Shown piece after piece: positions 1 through 9,282 of a stretch of DNA of 42,107 bases (its first letter is position 1; every line of letters begins with the position of its first letter). Source of the DNA: Cohaesibacteraceae bacterium (GTDB lineage: Bacteria; Pseudomonadota; Alphaproteobacteria; Rhizobiales; MH13); NCBI GenBank assembly GCA_028281795.1, contig JANQJE010000088.1, forward strand, positions 1-42,107, written 5' to 3'. The notes beneath the pieces are model-generated. The model was not told the DNA's origin. It searched no databases and saw nothing but the letters and a program-made list of their open reading frames with translations. Both the position numbers and the translations under genes were made by a program.

Positions 1-183
1 GAATTCGGGAAGCATCTCAAGGGCTGCCGCGTACCCTGGTCGGTCCAGGAAAAGCACCTCCACTTCGGTGCCTGCATAAGGCGCGGCGGCTTCTTCCAAA
101 GACCAGGCATGGGCGGTGCCGGCGCTGGCAACGGTCATCGACGCGACAAGTGCCAGTACGCTGCTTGTTGATCGGTATTTCAC
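1..183 (-). CDS. Sugar/polyol ABC transporter substrate-binding protein, N-terminal part (runs off the left edge)
   Basis: Not in the ORF track. GTG at 181-183 with GGGAGG RBS at 191-196. Translates [26 protein letters not shown]|[25 protein letters not shown]..., a Sec signal peptide (AHA) followed by a CUT1 SBP-like N-terminus. Divergent from the ABC ATPase. Confidence 0.8.
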   Translation of the reverse strand, partial: MKYRSTSSVLALVASMTVASAGTAHAWSLEEAAAPYAGTEVEVLFLDRPGYAAALEMLPEF

Positions 184-217
184 TTTTTATCCTCCCAGAA
201 TGATCATGGTTTTTTGG

Positions 218-254
218 TTGACATACATTTGTATTGTCGACCATATAAATGTAT
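218..254 (+). promoter_or_regulatory. Sigma70-like promoter (TTGACA) overlapped by two inverted operator-like boxes
   Basis: TTGACA at 218-223. ATACATTTGTAT (223-234) and ATATAAATGTAT (243-254) are near reverse complements in the AT-rich divergent intergenic region. Confidence 0.55.
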
Positions 255-312
255 TAATCAGGTGTTGAGTCAACACAAAACTTGCGTAATAGGTCGAGCG
301 GGAGGCGTAGGA

Positions 313-1398
313 ATGGCTGAAGTACGGCTGCGTTCGGTCGATAAGTTCTACGGTGCCCAACAGGCTCTGTTCGACATCTCTCTGGATATTGCTGACGGCG
401 AGTTTGTCGTGTTCGTTGGCCCGTCGGGTTGTGGAAAATCCACGCTGCTGCGGTCGATTGCAGGGTTGGAGCCCATCAAGTCGGGCGCTATCTCCATCGG
501 AGAACGTGATGTATCAGCGCTGGCTCCTTCGGAGCGGGATGTGGCGATGGTGTTCCAGTCCTATGCGCTCTACCCGCATATGACTGTGCGCGAGAACATC
601 GATTTCGGAATGAAGATCAACAAGTTCGACATTGAAGACCGGCGAGCGCGGATCGCCGAAGCGGCGCGTATTCTCCAGCTTGACGACTATCTAGACCGCA
701 AACCGGGCCAGCTTTCCGGTGGTCAACGGCAGCGTGTGGCGATCGGGCGGGCGATCGTGAAGAAGCCATCGGTGTTCCTGTTCGACGAGCCGCTTTCGAA
801 TTTGGATGCCAAGTTGCGCGTTCAGATGCGCGTCGAACTGGAGGCGCTGCACAACACGCTGGATGCCACGATGATTTACGTAACGCACGATCAGGTGGAG
901 GCCATGACGATGGCCGACAAGATCGTCGTGCTTCAGGATGGCCGCGTCGAACAGGTTGGCAGCCCGATGGATCTGTATCATCGCCCGATCAACGAGTTCG
1001 TCGCCGGGTTTATCGGTGCACCGGCGATGAATTTCCTCAATGTAACGTCAAGCGACGGGTGGCTTTGCTGTGCCGGTATGCGCATTGCTTCCTCAGAGAA
1101 CGCCGAAGCGCGGCGTTTGGGCATTCGCCCCGAGCATGTGACGGTTGCTCCACCAGGGGAAGGTGATCTGGATGCGGCGGTCAAGATACGCGAGACACTT
1201 GGCGGTGATGCCTATCTCTATGTCGAAACGCCGGATGGTCAACAGATGGTTGTGCGCACTGACGGCGACACCAAGCTGAGAGGCGGGGAGACCATCGGAT
1301 TGAGCTTTCCGTCTGAACGCGTCCACATTTTCGATGGGCAGGGACAAGCGATCCATTCGGCTGTCACCGGTGAGGCAATGCCCGAGGCCAACACATGA
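313..1398 (+). CDS. Carbohydrate ABC transporter ATP-binding protein (MalK/UgpC family)
   Basis: Walker A GPSGCGKST, VFQSYALYPH, LSGGQRQR signature, FLFDEPLSNLD, C-terminal TOBE-like region. ATG 313 follows GGAGG. Confidence 0.95.
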   Translation: MAEVRLRSVDKFYGAQQALFDISLDIADGEFVVFVGPSGCGKSTLLRSIAGLEPIKSGAISIGERDVSALAPSERDVAMVFQSYALYPHMTVRENIDFGMKINKFDIEDRRARIAEAARILQLDDYLDRKPGQLSGGQRQRVAIGRAIVKKPSVFLFDEPLSNLDAKLRVQMRVELEALHNTLDATMIYVTHDQVEAMTMADKIVVLQDGRVEQVGSPMDLYHRPINEFVAGFIGAPAMNFLNVTSSDGWLCCAGMRIASSENAEARRLGIRPEHVTVAPPGEGDLDAAVKIRETLGGDAYLYVETPDGQQMVVRTDGDTKLRGGETIGLSFPSERVHIFDGQGQAIHSAVTGEAMPEANT

Positions 1399-2729
1399 CG
1401 GCTCTGGCCATTTATGATGATGCAGTCGCCCGCTCCAATTCAGTGGCCGATCTGGTGATACGTCAAGGCGCGCTTGCCCAAACGGCGGAGATATTCAAGC
1501 GTAACTTTGATGGTCGTTCGGCCTGTCTGATTGCTGATGATCTGGGCTGGTCAGCCGCTGGTCCAATCGTGGAAGCTCAACTTGAAGCCGGTGGGATCAG
1601 AACCCGCCGTCATGTAATCTCTGCGAAGCCAAGACCCAAACCGACGGTTGCGCTTGCCAACAGTTTTCGCGATGTGCTGGCCGGCGATGCGTGTGTCCCG
1701 GTGGCTGTTGGCTCCGGCGTTATCAACGACTTGGTCAAGTACGCAGCCTTTGGCCTTGACCGGCGCTATCTATGTGTTGCTACCGCGGCGTCGATGGACG
1801 GCTACACATCGGCCGGGTCGCCACTGTCAGATCACGGCTTCAAGATTACCATACCCTGCCAGCCGGCCCTTGCCGTGATTGGCGATCTCGATGTGATCGC
1901 TCACGCTCCACGGGAAATGATGGGCTGGGGGTATGGCGATCTGGCCGGAAAGGTGCCGGCTGGGGCGGATTGGATCCTCGCTGACGTGCTCGGTATCGAG
2001 CCCATCGATCCCGTTGCATGGAGTATGGTTCAGGAAAATCTGCGCGTCTGGCTTTCTGGTGCGGAGCAGATCGCAGCCGGTGACCGCAAGGCTATTGAAG
2101 GCCTGTTTGCAGGGCTCTCTTTGGTCGGTCTGGCCATGGAAGCTCATGGGTCATCGCGCCCGGCATCCGGTGCGGACCATCAGATTGCCCATTTGTGGGA
2201 GATGGACGACCTTACCCACAAGGGTGAGCGGGTAAGCCATGGGGCGTGCGTGTCAATTGGTTGTCTTGTGGTCCTGCAGCTCTACGAGTGGTTCACGAAG
2301 CAGGATGTTCAGGCGCTGGATATAGATCAGATCATCACGCGTGCGCCATCTCACGAAGCGAAGGCCGCGATGATTGCCAAGGTGTTTCCGCAGGCTGACA
2401 TCGCCTCTCGGGCATTGGCGGAGACAACTGTGAAGCATTTGTCGCCCGACGCGCAGCGTCAGCGGCTGGAAAGGTTGAAAAGTCTTTGGCCCCAATTGAG
2501 CAGTAAACTCGACAAGCAGCTTCTTTCCCCTGAAGAGATGAGGCGACTGCTGAGCATTGTCGGTGCACCGGTCAAAGCGAAAGACATTGGCGTTTCGCAG
2601 GACTATCTTCGCCAAACTGTTCTCAGAGCGCGTTTTTTGCGCAGCCGCTACACACTGCTCGACCTTCTGGATGAAACCGGGCTACTGGAGCAGGCTGTCG
2701 ATGACGCTGTCACCAGGGGCCTGACATGA
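1395..2729 (+). CDS. sn-glycerol-1-phosphate dehydrogenase-like protein (AraM/EgsA type)
   Basis: Motifs GSGVINDLVKY, TAASMDGYTS, GYGDLAGK, SRPASGADHQIAH, SHG. ATGA overlap with the upstream gene. Confidence 0.85.
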   Translation: MTALAIYDDAVARSNSVADLVIRQGALAQTAEIFKRNFDGRSACLIADDLGWSAAGPIVEAQLEAGGIRTRRHVISAKPRPKPTVALANSFRDVLAGDACVPVAVGSGVINDLVKYAAFGLDRRYLCVATAASMDGYTSAGSPLSDHGFKITIPCQPALAVIGDLDVIAHAPREMMGWGYGDLAGKVPAGADWILADVLGIEPIDPVAWSMVQENLRVWLSGAEQIAAGDRKAIEGLFAGLSLVGLAMEAHGSSRPASGADHQIAHLWEMDDLTHKGERVSHGACVSIGCLVVLQLYEWFTKQDVQALDIDQIITRAPSHEAKAAMIAKVFPQADIASRALAETTVKHLSPDAQRQRLERLKSLWPQLSSKLDKQLLSPEEMRRLLSIVGAPVKAKDIGVSQDYLRQTVLRARFLRSRYTLLDLLDETGLLEQAVDDAVTRGLT

Positions 2730-3292
2730 CACGGGATTTAACGAGCCAGTTTGGCCAGGCCTGCAAGGAACTGCAGGCTGCCTGCAGTGCTTTGGACCGG
2801 GATCAGTTTGACGGTTTTGTTCATGAGATCGCGTCTGCTCAAAAGATCGTTCTTTATGGCGTTGGCCGCGAAGGCTTGATGATGCGCGCGCTGGCCATGC
2901 GGCTCTACCATCTTGGGCTTGATGCGCATGTCGTGGGGGACATGTCGACGCCGCCCTTAGGGTCGGGCGATCTGTTGATCGTCAGTGCTGGACCGGGGGA
3001 TTTTTCAACCGTTCGGGCCTTACTTGGCGTCGCGCAGGACGCCGGCGCGCGCACGGCTTGTGTGACAGCGCAGCCGGATGGCGCGGTGCCGCAAGCCAGC
3101 GATACCGTGCTTGTGATACCGGCACAAACCATGGCGGACGATCAGGCGCCCGATCCGGCTTCGACCCTGCCCATGGGGTCGCTGTTTGAAGGCGCGCAAT
3201 ATCTTGTGTTCGAGATCTTGATCCTGCATTTGCGCGACCATATCGGCATCAGCGCGGATGCGATGCGCGCGCATCATACCAATCTGGAATGA
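2726..3292 (+). CDS. SIS-domain sugar-phosphate isomerase, 6-phospho-3-hexuloisomerase (HxlB)-like
   Basis: YGVGREG, AMRLYHLG, PMGSLFE and C-terminal HTNLE are typical of PHI/HxlB. ATGA overlap. Confidence 0.85.
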   Translation: MTRDLTSQFGQACKELQAACSALDRDQFDGFVHEIASAQKIVLYGVGREGLMMRALAMRLYHLGLDAHVVGDMSTPPLGSGDLLIVSAGPGDFSTVRALLGVAQDAGARTACVTAQPDGAVPQASDTVLVIPAQTMADDQAPDPASTLPMGSLFEGAQYLVFEILILHLRDHIGISADAMRAHHTNLE

Positions 3293-3295
3293 ACG

Positions 3296-4066
3296 ATGGC
3301 CGACTGGACCGATCGTTTTGCTTTGACCGACAAGAAGGCGCTGGTTACCGGAGCCTCGAAGGGCATTGGCGCTGAAATTGCGGAAGTCTTTGCCGACGCT
3401 GGTGCAGACATCGTAGCGGTCGCGCGCGATGCGGAGGGCCTTCAGGTGACAGCGGAGGCGGTGCGCGCAAGAGGGCGTCATTGCTTGGTGATTGCCTGCG
3501 ATCTGGCCGGCGAAGACGGAGCCGGGAAGGCTGCCCGTCAAGCGCTCGACGCCGTGGGAACTATCGACATTCTGGTCAATTCCGCCGGTGTTGCCCTCGT
3601 TGCGCCGGCCATAGACCTCAGCCTCGCCGACTGGAACACGAGCATGGCTGTCAATCTGCGTGCGCCGTTCCTGTTGTCGCAGGCGCTGGCGCCGGCAATG
3701 ATCGCGCAGCAGTCCGGCAAGATCATCAACATCAGTTCGCAGACCGGTATCATCGCCTTCGATGACCACGCGGCCTACGCATCCTCCAAGGGCGGCTTGA
3801 ACGCCCTGACGAAATCGTTGTGTGCGGAGTGGGCGCGACACAACATTCAGGTGAATGCGATTTGTCCAACGGTGGTGCTGACACCTATGGGACGTGAAAT
3901 CTGGTCGGCTCCGGAGAAGAAAGATCCGATCATCGCGGCGACACCGGCGCGGCGGTTTGCCGAACCCCGCGAGATCGCCGATATGGCGCTCTATCTGGCT
4001 TCGCCTGCCTCGGCGATGGTGAACGGAGCGCTGATGATGATCGAGGGTGGCTACACAAGTGTTTGA
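3296..4066 (+). CDS. SDR oxidoreductase (polyol dehydrogenase / xylulose reductase-like)
   Basis: TGASKGIG, NSAG, YASSK catalytic motif, NAICPTVVLTPMG. Confidence 0.9.
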   Translation: MADWTDRFALTDKKALVTGASKGIGAEIAEVFADAGADIVAVARDAEGLQVTAEAVRARGRHCLVIACDLAGEDGAGKAARQALDAVGTIDILVNSAGVALVAPAIDLSLADWNTSMAVNLRAPFLLSQALAPAMIAQQSGKIINISSQTGIIAFDDHAAYASSKGGLNALTKSLCAEWARHNIQVNAICPTVVLTPMGREIWSAPEKKDPIIAATPARRFAEPREIADMALYLASPASAMVNGALMMIEGGYTSV

Positions 4067-4964
4067 CGCTCCGACCAGCACGAAGAGCGCGTTTGAGCGT
4101 TACGAAGCGGTGCGTGCACGCCTGCCGCAGGCCAGCTTCCCGGCGCAGTCCCAGTACTTGGCCAATTTGAGCGATGTCGCCGATCATTTTGATGGTTTCG
4201 TGCTGGATGCGTTCGGCGTTCTCAATGTCGGGCAGACAGCAATCCCTGGCGCTGTCGAGCGGATGAGCGAACTGCGTAACCGCGGCAAAAAACTGGCCGT
4301 GTTGAGCAACGCTGCGTCCTACACGCGGGCGGGCGCGCGCGCCAAATACCAAAGGCTGGGTTTTGATTTCTCCGATGAGGAGATCATTACGTCGCGCGAC
4401 GTCGCAGCAGCGCGTATGAATGCGATTGCGCCTGGCGCTGTTTGGGCCGCGCTGTGTGACGCAAGCGATGACTTCCACGATCTGCCGGCAACGGTTGTCG
4501 ATGCAGCCAGCGATCCCGATCTGCTCGACAGCGCCGACGCGATCCTGTTTCTTTCAAGCCATCGCATATCGCCGGACTTGCACGAGCGTCTTGTGGCCGC
4601 GATGGAGAGCAACCCGCGACCGATCGTGGTTGCTAATCCCGATCTGACGGCTCCTTTCGAGGACGGTCTATCGCGTGAGCCGGGTCTGTTTTCCCACGAT
4701 CTGATCGACCGGACGGGGCACACCCTACACTGGTTTGGCAAGCCCTTTGCGGAGGGGTACCAGGATGTTCTTAGCCGATTGGAACTGCCGCCGGAAAGTC
4801 TGGCGATGGTCGGTGATACCTTGCATACCGACGTTCTGGGCGGGCGCGCTGCCGGCATGGGGACGGTGCTGATCACCGATCATGGGTTGTTTGCCGGACA
4901 CGATCTCGAGCCTTTTATCGCTCAATCGGGTATCGTGCCGGACTTTGTTGTCCCAACGCCTTAG
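4059..4964 (+). CDS. HAD-superfamily subfamily IIA hydrolase (sugar/polyol-phosphate phosphatase-like)
   Basis: Motif I LDAFGVL, LSN, ANPD, GKP, VGDTLHTDVLGG. GTG 4059 overlaps the SDR stop; the start could be 4047. Confidence 0.85.
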   Translation: MFDAPTSTKSAFERYEAVRARLPQASFPAQSQYLANLSDVADHFDGFVLDAFGVLNVGQTAIPGAVERMSELRNRGKKLAVLSNAASYTRAGARAKYQRLGFDFSDEEIITSRDVAAARMNAIAPGAVWAALCDASDDFHDLPATVVDAASDPDLLDSADAILFLSSHRISPDLHERLVAAMESNPRPIVVANPDLTAPFEDGLSREPGLFSHDLIDRTGHTLHWFGKPFAEGYQDVLSRLELPPESLAMVGDTLHTDVLGGRAAGMGTVLITDHGLFAGHDLEPFIAQSGIVPDFVVPTP

Positions 4965-5079
4965 TCAGAATCCGCCGATTGATGCTTTCCTGTGCGCTCG
5001 GGGACCGGTCATCCCAGAATGTTGGCAGCCTGGTGACGCTTCTCGCTGCGATCTGTTTTCAGCGAGATACCCATCGCAA

Positions 5080-6051
5080 TCAGAGTTTCCCTTGCTGAGT
5101 GTTTACGATCTGATGCTTCGGTGGTCCGAGCGCCCAAGACAGCGCGAGGCCGGCCAGCATCGAGATAACGATCACAAGCCCGAACGCAACGCTGGTGGCC
5201 AGTCCGGCGCTCGACGCGGCGCCCATCACCGGAAAAAGCAGGGCTGCCGCCCCCTCGCGAACGCCCCATCCGCTAACGCCGATGGGTAGCAGCATTGCCA
5301 GCAGGATCAGCGGCACGATTGTCAGTATGTCTAGGACAGCGAGATCAACGCCAAGCGCCACGGCACAAAGCGCAAAGGCAACAACATTGCACAGGGCCGT
5401 CAGAAGGCTGAGGCAGGCTTGTTTGATTGCCACATCGCGGTGCAGAACGGCGTAGAGGAAGCGCTGGCCCAGCCGCCGCAGCGGTTGGGCGTGGTGACGA
5501 AAAACATGAAAGCCGAGGGTGACAAGAATAAGTCCGGTGATCAGCGCGGCCAGCATTCCCATGACCGGTGCAGCGAGCCAACCGGGCAAGTCGAGACCCC
5601 TGGGCGACAGGACTTGAAAGGTCAGGCCGGTGAGGAAGACGGCGAGTAATCCGATCTGGCCGGCAAGCCTCTCAAACACAACGGCCTGACCTGCAAGCAG
5701 CAGCCCCTTGCCCTGCCTGGAGCGATAGGCGCGGCCTGCATCGCCGATCACCCCGCCCGGGAGCGAGAGATTGACGAATTGTGCCAGATAGTATTCGCGC
5801 ACCGCGGCACTGAGACTGAACACAATGCCGAGCCGTCCTGCAGTCAGCTGCCATCGTGTCGCCGAGAGCAGCGTTTGAAGGGTGAGGATGATCGCCGCAG
5901 CGAACGCCCAGCGCAGATCGGCGACAAGCAGAAGGCGCGCGGCCTCAGCACCATCGAATGTGTGCCAAAGTAGCACCGCAAGTCCGGCCAAGACCAGGAA
6001 CTGGGCCGGTTTCAGAAAACGATGGATGGGCGGTTTCGAACGATCCGTCAT
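5080..6051 (-). CDS. Lysylphosphatidylglycerol synthase TM-domain / UPF0104 flippase-like membrane protein
   Basis: Multi-TM. RW, FVNLSLPGGVIGD-x2-R, ER and PIGVSGWGVRE motifs. Confidence 0.85.
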   Translation of the reverse strand: MTDRSKPPIHRFLKPAQFLVLAGLAVLLWHTFDGAEAARLLLVADLRWAFAAAIILTLQTLLSATRWQLTAGRLGIVFSLSAAVREYYLAQFVNLSLPGGVIGDAGRAYRSRQGKGLLLAGQAVVFERLAGQIGLLAVFLTGLTFQVLSPRGLDLPGWLAAPVMGMLAALITGLILVTLGFHVFRHHAQPLRRLGQRFLYAVLHRDVAIKQACLSLLTALCNVVAFALCAVALGVDLAVLDILTIVPLILLAMLLPIGVSGWGVREGAAALLFPVMGAASSAGLATSVAFGLVIVISMLAGLALSWALGPPKHQIVNTQQGKL

Positions 6052-7688
6052 GGCATGGCCCCGATGAGGGCAGCATCGGAAAACACGGTCAGGAAGATGT
6101 TGCGAACGTGGTTCATGGGCAGCACGGGCGTGCCTGGCGGCGGTAGCAAACCCGGCGCTGGTGCGACGCCTTCCAGGCGATTGACGAGGTCATTCGGTCC
6201 GATCACGTGGATCGGAACATGGGGGCGCTCATCTAATGCGACGAACGCGGCGGCCTGGTGATCGCCGACAACAAGCAGAAGAGGTGGGTCGTCGGCATGC
6301 AAAAGCGCATATTCGAACACCGATTGAAGAGCATAATCAACGGCCAGACGGTATTGCGCTCGCACGCGATCCCGGTCACGCCAGACCTCCCGTGGTGTCT
6401 CCACGCCCTCCACATGGGATGCGAAAACGCTGCCGTCCCCAAGCGCCTCCCAGGGCAGCATGTCGGGTACGGGGATCCATGGTGCATGTGAGGAGACCAG
6501 GGCGACTTGAATGAAGAAGTGGCCGCTAGGTTCGCTGCTGCGCAACAGCCGGTCCATCGCCGCCAGCGTGAACTGGTCAGGCATCGTCACCCAGTTGAAC
6601 GCCGGACCCTGGTAGCCTAGAGCATCGAACGCGAGCACCGTCTCAAAGCCCATCACGTCTGATTCCGGCCATTCGCGGGTGATTTGCGGCATGACGGCCG
6701 CGGTGTGAAAACCGGCGCGCGCCGCATGGTGAAACAGCGTCTGGCGCCCGCTCGCGAGCGCCGCCCCATAGCTCATCTGGTTGTCGATCCACAGGCCATT
6801 GGCAAAGGTTGCATGCGTCAGCCAGCTCTGCCCACCGCTGGTCGGCGCTTCCAGAAAGCCCGAGCGGGAGGTGAGGCCGGCCGTGCTGAGCTGTTGTTCG
6901 TAGCTTGCCAGTGTTGCGCGGTGCAGGCCTGCATAGAAGTCGGTGTCGTGGCTCGTGCGGCCATAGCTTTCGACGAAGAGGATGATCACGTCACGGTCGA
7001 TGGCCGTCATCTGGGCTGGTGCGTCGGCAAACGGGTCGTCGTCGGCGAGTGTATGAAACCGGCGCAGTTCCCCGATGGTTGTGCGCGCCATCTCCCAACG
7101 CTCGACCGCAACGCGCGCGGTGAACGCCGTGCCTGGAGGATCGAAAGGCGGCACCCAGCGCCCCATGGCCTGATTGATCTGTGCCACCATCAAAAGCGCG
7201 ACGATCGTTGCTATGCCGGACGCCAGCAAAGCGTGCTTGCGCGGCACCTCAACGCGGGCCCATGTACCGGTCGCCCACCAGATACCCAGCGTCAAAAGGG
7301 CGAGCAGAGCGGTCACCAACGCAAGCAACAGGCCGGCTCCCAAGATGCCGAAGGTGCCTGAAAGGAGGCGTGCAAAGGCATCGACCAGGGCCAGATCGGA
7401 AATGGGGTTGAAGCCGCGTGACAAGGCATTGAAGCTGATGAAGTCTGCCGTCTTGAGCAATGCGATCAGAGTCAGTGCCATGGTCAGGAAAACACGCGCT
7501 GCGTGCGAGATGCCGCTGGCGTGTGGCAGCGCGATTAGCGCCAGAAGAATGACGGGCAGCTCGAGCGGAAAGACGAAAAGCGCGCCCCAGCCGATAGCAT
7601 GCGGATGGTTGGGCTGAACAAGAAGGAGAAAAAGAAAAAGCGTCGCCAGAGCGAGGGCGGTCATTCTCCGCCGGCTGGACGCGCTCAT
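6048..7688 (-). CDS. Membrane-anchored alkaline-phosphatase/sulfatase-fold transferase (LtaS/OpgB/EptA-like architecture)
   Basis: About 5 N-terminal TM helices, then FVESYG, GGQSWLTH, SSHAPW and VGDHQ metal-site motifs. ATG 7688 overlaps the upstream stop (ATGA), so the ORF-track extension to 7940 is unlikely. Confidence 0.8.
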   Translation of the reverse strand: MSASSRRRMTALALATLFLFLLLVQPNHPHAIGWGALFVFPLELPVILLALIALPHASGISHAARVFLTMALTLIALLKTADFISFNALSRGFNPISDLALVDAFARLLSGTFGILGAGLLLALVTALLALLTLGIWWATGTWARVEVPRKHALLASGIATIVALLMVAQINQAMGRWVPPFDPPGTAFTARVAVERWEMARTTIGELRRFHTLADDDPFADAPAQMTAIDRDVIILFVESYGRTSHDTDFYAGLHRATLASYEQQLSTAGLTSRSGFLEAPTSGGQSWLTHATFANGLWIDNQMSYGAALASGRQTLFHHAARAGFHTAAVMPQITREWPESDVMGFETVLAFDALGYQGPAFNWVTMPDQFTLAAMDRLLRSSEPSGHFFIQVALVSSHAPWIPVPDMLPWEALGDGSVFASHVEGVETPREVWRDRDRVRAQYRLAVDYALQSVFEYALLHADDPPLLLVVGDHQAAAFVALDERPHVPIHVIGPNDLVNRLEGVAPAPGLLPPPGTPVLPMNHVRNIFLTVFSDAALIGAMP

Positions 7689-8455
7689 GAATGGTGCCTG
7701 CGCAGCCAGATGATGTCCAGCCAGAATGACCAGACAAGCGCCAGCGCCACGCAGGCAATAAGACCGTTGCCGACGGTCGCGCTCACCCCCGGTATGAGAA
7801 GCGCGATCAATACCGCAATCTGCAGCACGCAGACCAGCTTGCGGCTGAAGCGTTCGGGCAGGCCTGAAGAAAGCCAGGGAAAGACGACGCTCGCCGCAGC
7901 AAACAGATAGCGCGGCAGTCCGAGGAAAAGGACGTACCACGGAGCATCGGCGACAAAATACGCCAACAGCGCGAGAACAAACGCGAACGCTGAGTCCACC
8001 TCCACATCAAAACGCGCACCGAAGGCGGATGCATAGCCCTCCCGACGGGCAAGCCAGCCATCCATGCCATCGGAGATGAAGGCGGCGGCGGCAATACCGA
8101 CGAGTATCCATTGCCGGTCCGAGGCATCGATCAGTTCAATCATCAGAATGCACACGCACACCAGGCGAAAGAGCGTGACGGCATTGCCAAAGCCGAGGGA
8201 TGGGAGCGTGTACATTCTGCGCAACGCGACGAAGGCAATGGCACATGCCGTACCATAGGCCGTGAGGCCAAAGGCAAGACCGGCGCTCGGGATCGAACTC
8301 TGAAGCAGGCCTTTCAGCGTGACAACACTGACCAGGCCGATGAGACTGAGCAGTAGAAACTGCGATCCGGCATCGACTTTGGACGCCAGCACGCTAGCTG
8401 CTGATAAGTGCAGGTCGTCCGTCGAACGCGGGTGCTTTTTAAGTGGGCGCGGCAT
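7685..8455 (-). CDS. CDP-alcohol phosphatidyltransferase family protein
   Basis: Signature DGMDGWLARREGYASAFGARFDVEVD (DxxDGxxAR...GxxxDxxxD), NAVTLFR, multiple TM segments. Confidence 0.92.
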   Translation of the reverse strand: MPRPLKKHPRSTDDLHLSAASVLASKVDAGSQFLLLSLIGLVSVVTLKGLLQSSIPSAGLAFGLTAYGTACAIAFVALRRMYTLPSLGFGNAVTLFRLVCVCILMIELIDASDRQWILVGIAAAAFISDGMDGWLARREGYASAFGARFDVEVDSAFAFVLALLAYFVADAPWYVLFLGLPRYLFAAASVVFPWLSSGLPERFSRKLVCVLQIAVLIALLIPGVSATVGNGLIACVALALVWSFWLDIIWLRRHHS

Positions 8456-8575
8456 AGAGTGTTACGGCAGACGGTAGAGACGTTTTGTTGCGAGGCATGA
8501 TCGGTCACGGCACCACCGGCAAAAAAGATCACCGAGCGCCGCATGATCGTCACAAAGGTAGAGAGGCTGTCGATC

Positions 8576-9160
8576 ATGGCAATCTTAGGAAGCTCCGCAA
8601 GCCATCACACAGTGCCCTGCTATCGTTTGCCGGCACGCGTGCTGCATTGGTCGATGGCTATCCTTGTTCTTCTGATGACCGGCGCCGGACTTGTGATGAC
8701 GCAAGAGGGTCTTAGCCGTGAGCTACAAAACACCCTTTTCATCTTTCACAAAAATGTCGGCGTGCTGATGCTTCTCCTGATCGCTGTCCGGGTTGGCGTG
8801 CGCTTTGCCCACCGCCCTCCGCCGGAGCCTGAAACCTTGCCGCTTTGGCAGGCGCGGATCGCATCGTTCACCCACTTTGGTCTGTACGCGCTGCTCGTCA
8901 TCATGCCTCTTGCCGGCTACATACGCGTCAAAGCGGGCGGCTTTCCCATCGAAAGCCTAGACGCTCTCGGCGTTGCTTCCCTCGTTCCGCGGTCTGACGC
9001 GCTGGCAGAGACGGCAAAGGCACTGCATTTTTATGGCGGCCGCTTGCTGATCCTCCTGATGCTCATGCACATCGGCGCCGCGCTTTTTCACGCCGTCATC
9101 AAACGCGACGGTATCTTCCAACGCATGTGGCCCACTTCGGCCACGCGTCCGTCGCAATAG
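8576..9160 (+). CDS. Di-heme cytochrome b561 (CybB/YceJ family)
   Basis: Four TM segments with heme His motifs LHWSMA, FHKNVG, THFGLY, LHFYGG and HIGAALFH...RDGIFQRM. GAGAGG RBS before ATG 8576. Confidence 0.9.
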   Translation: MAILGSSASHHTVPCYRLPARVLHWSMAILVLLMTGAGLVMTQEGLSRELQNTLFIFHKNVGVLMLLLIAVRVGVRFAHRPPPEPETLPLWQARIASFTHFGLYALLVIMPLAGYIRVKAGGFPIESLDALGVASLVPRSDALAETAKALHFYGGRLLILLMLMHIGAALFHAVIKRDGIFQRMWPTSATRPSQ

Positions 9161-9228
9161 AGTTTGTCGAACCGCTGCGGCTCTCGCCGCGTAGACCGTT
9201 CAACCCATGCGTTCCGATAGGGCGACCC

Positions 9229-9282
9229 CCCGCCTTGCCAACCGATACGATCCTTTCCGCGCCTGCCTTGCCGACCGACACC
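9229..9282 (+). repeat. Imperfect direct repeat encoding PALPTDT twice (33-bp period)
   Basis: CCCGCCTTGCCAACCGATACG (9229-9249) versus CCTGCCTTGCCGACCGACACC (9262-9282). All four differences are synonymous third positions. Confidence 0.7.

Noticed and set aside
2726-3292. RuMP formaldehyde fixation
   Set aside because: No hexulose-6-phosphate synthase in the operon or window.
3020-4081. 353-aa minus-strand ORF, and similar long antisense ORFs (11595-12635, 12457-13287, 18376-19248, 26782-27879, 30224-31381)
   Set aside because: They are shadows of well-supported genes on the opposite strand in GC-rich DNA and show no family motifs.
7689-7940. N-terminal extension of the sulfatase-fold ORF (likewise extensions at 214-312, 14544-14822, 23136-23348, 34818-34919)
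   Set aside because: They overlap neighbouring genes or promoters. Downstream starts with ATGA coupling or an RBS fit better.
1395-8455. Archaeal-type ether lipid pathway (G1P dehydrogenase plus CDP-alcohol transferase)
   Set aside because: No GGGP or DGGGP synthase or CarS-like gene. The two genes are in separate convergent operons, and AraM-like enzymes are common in bacterial sugar loci.
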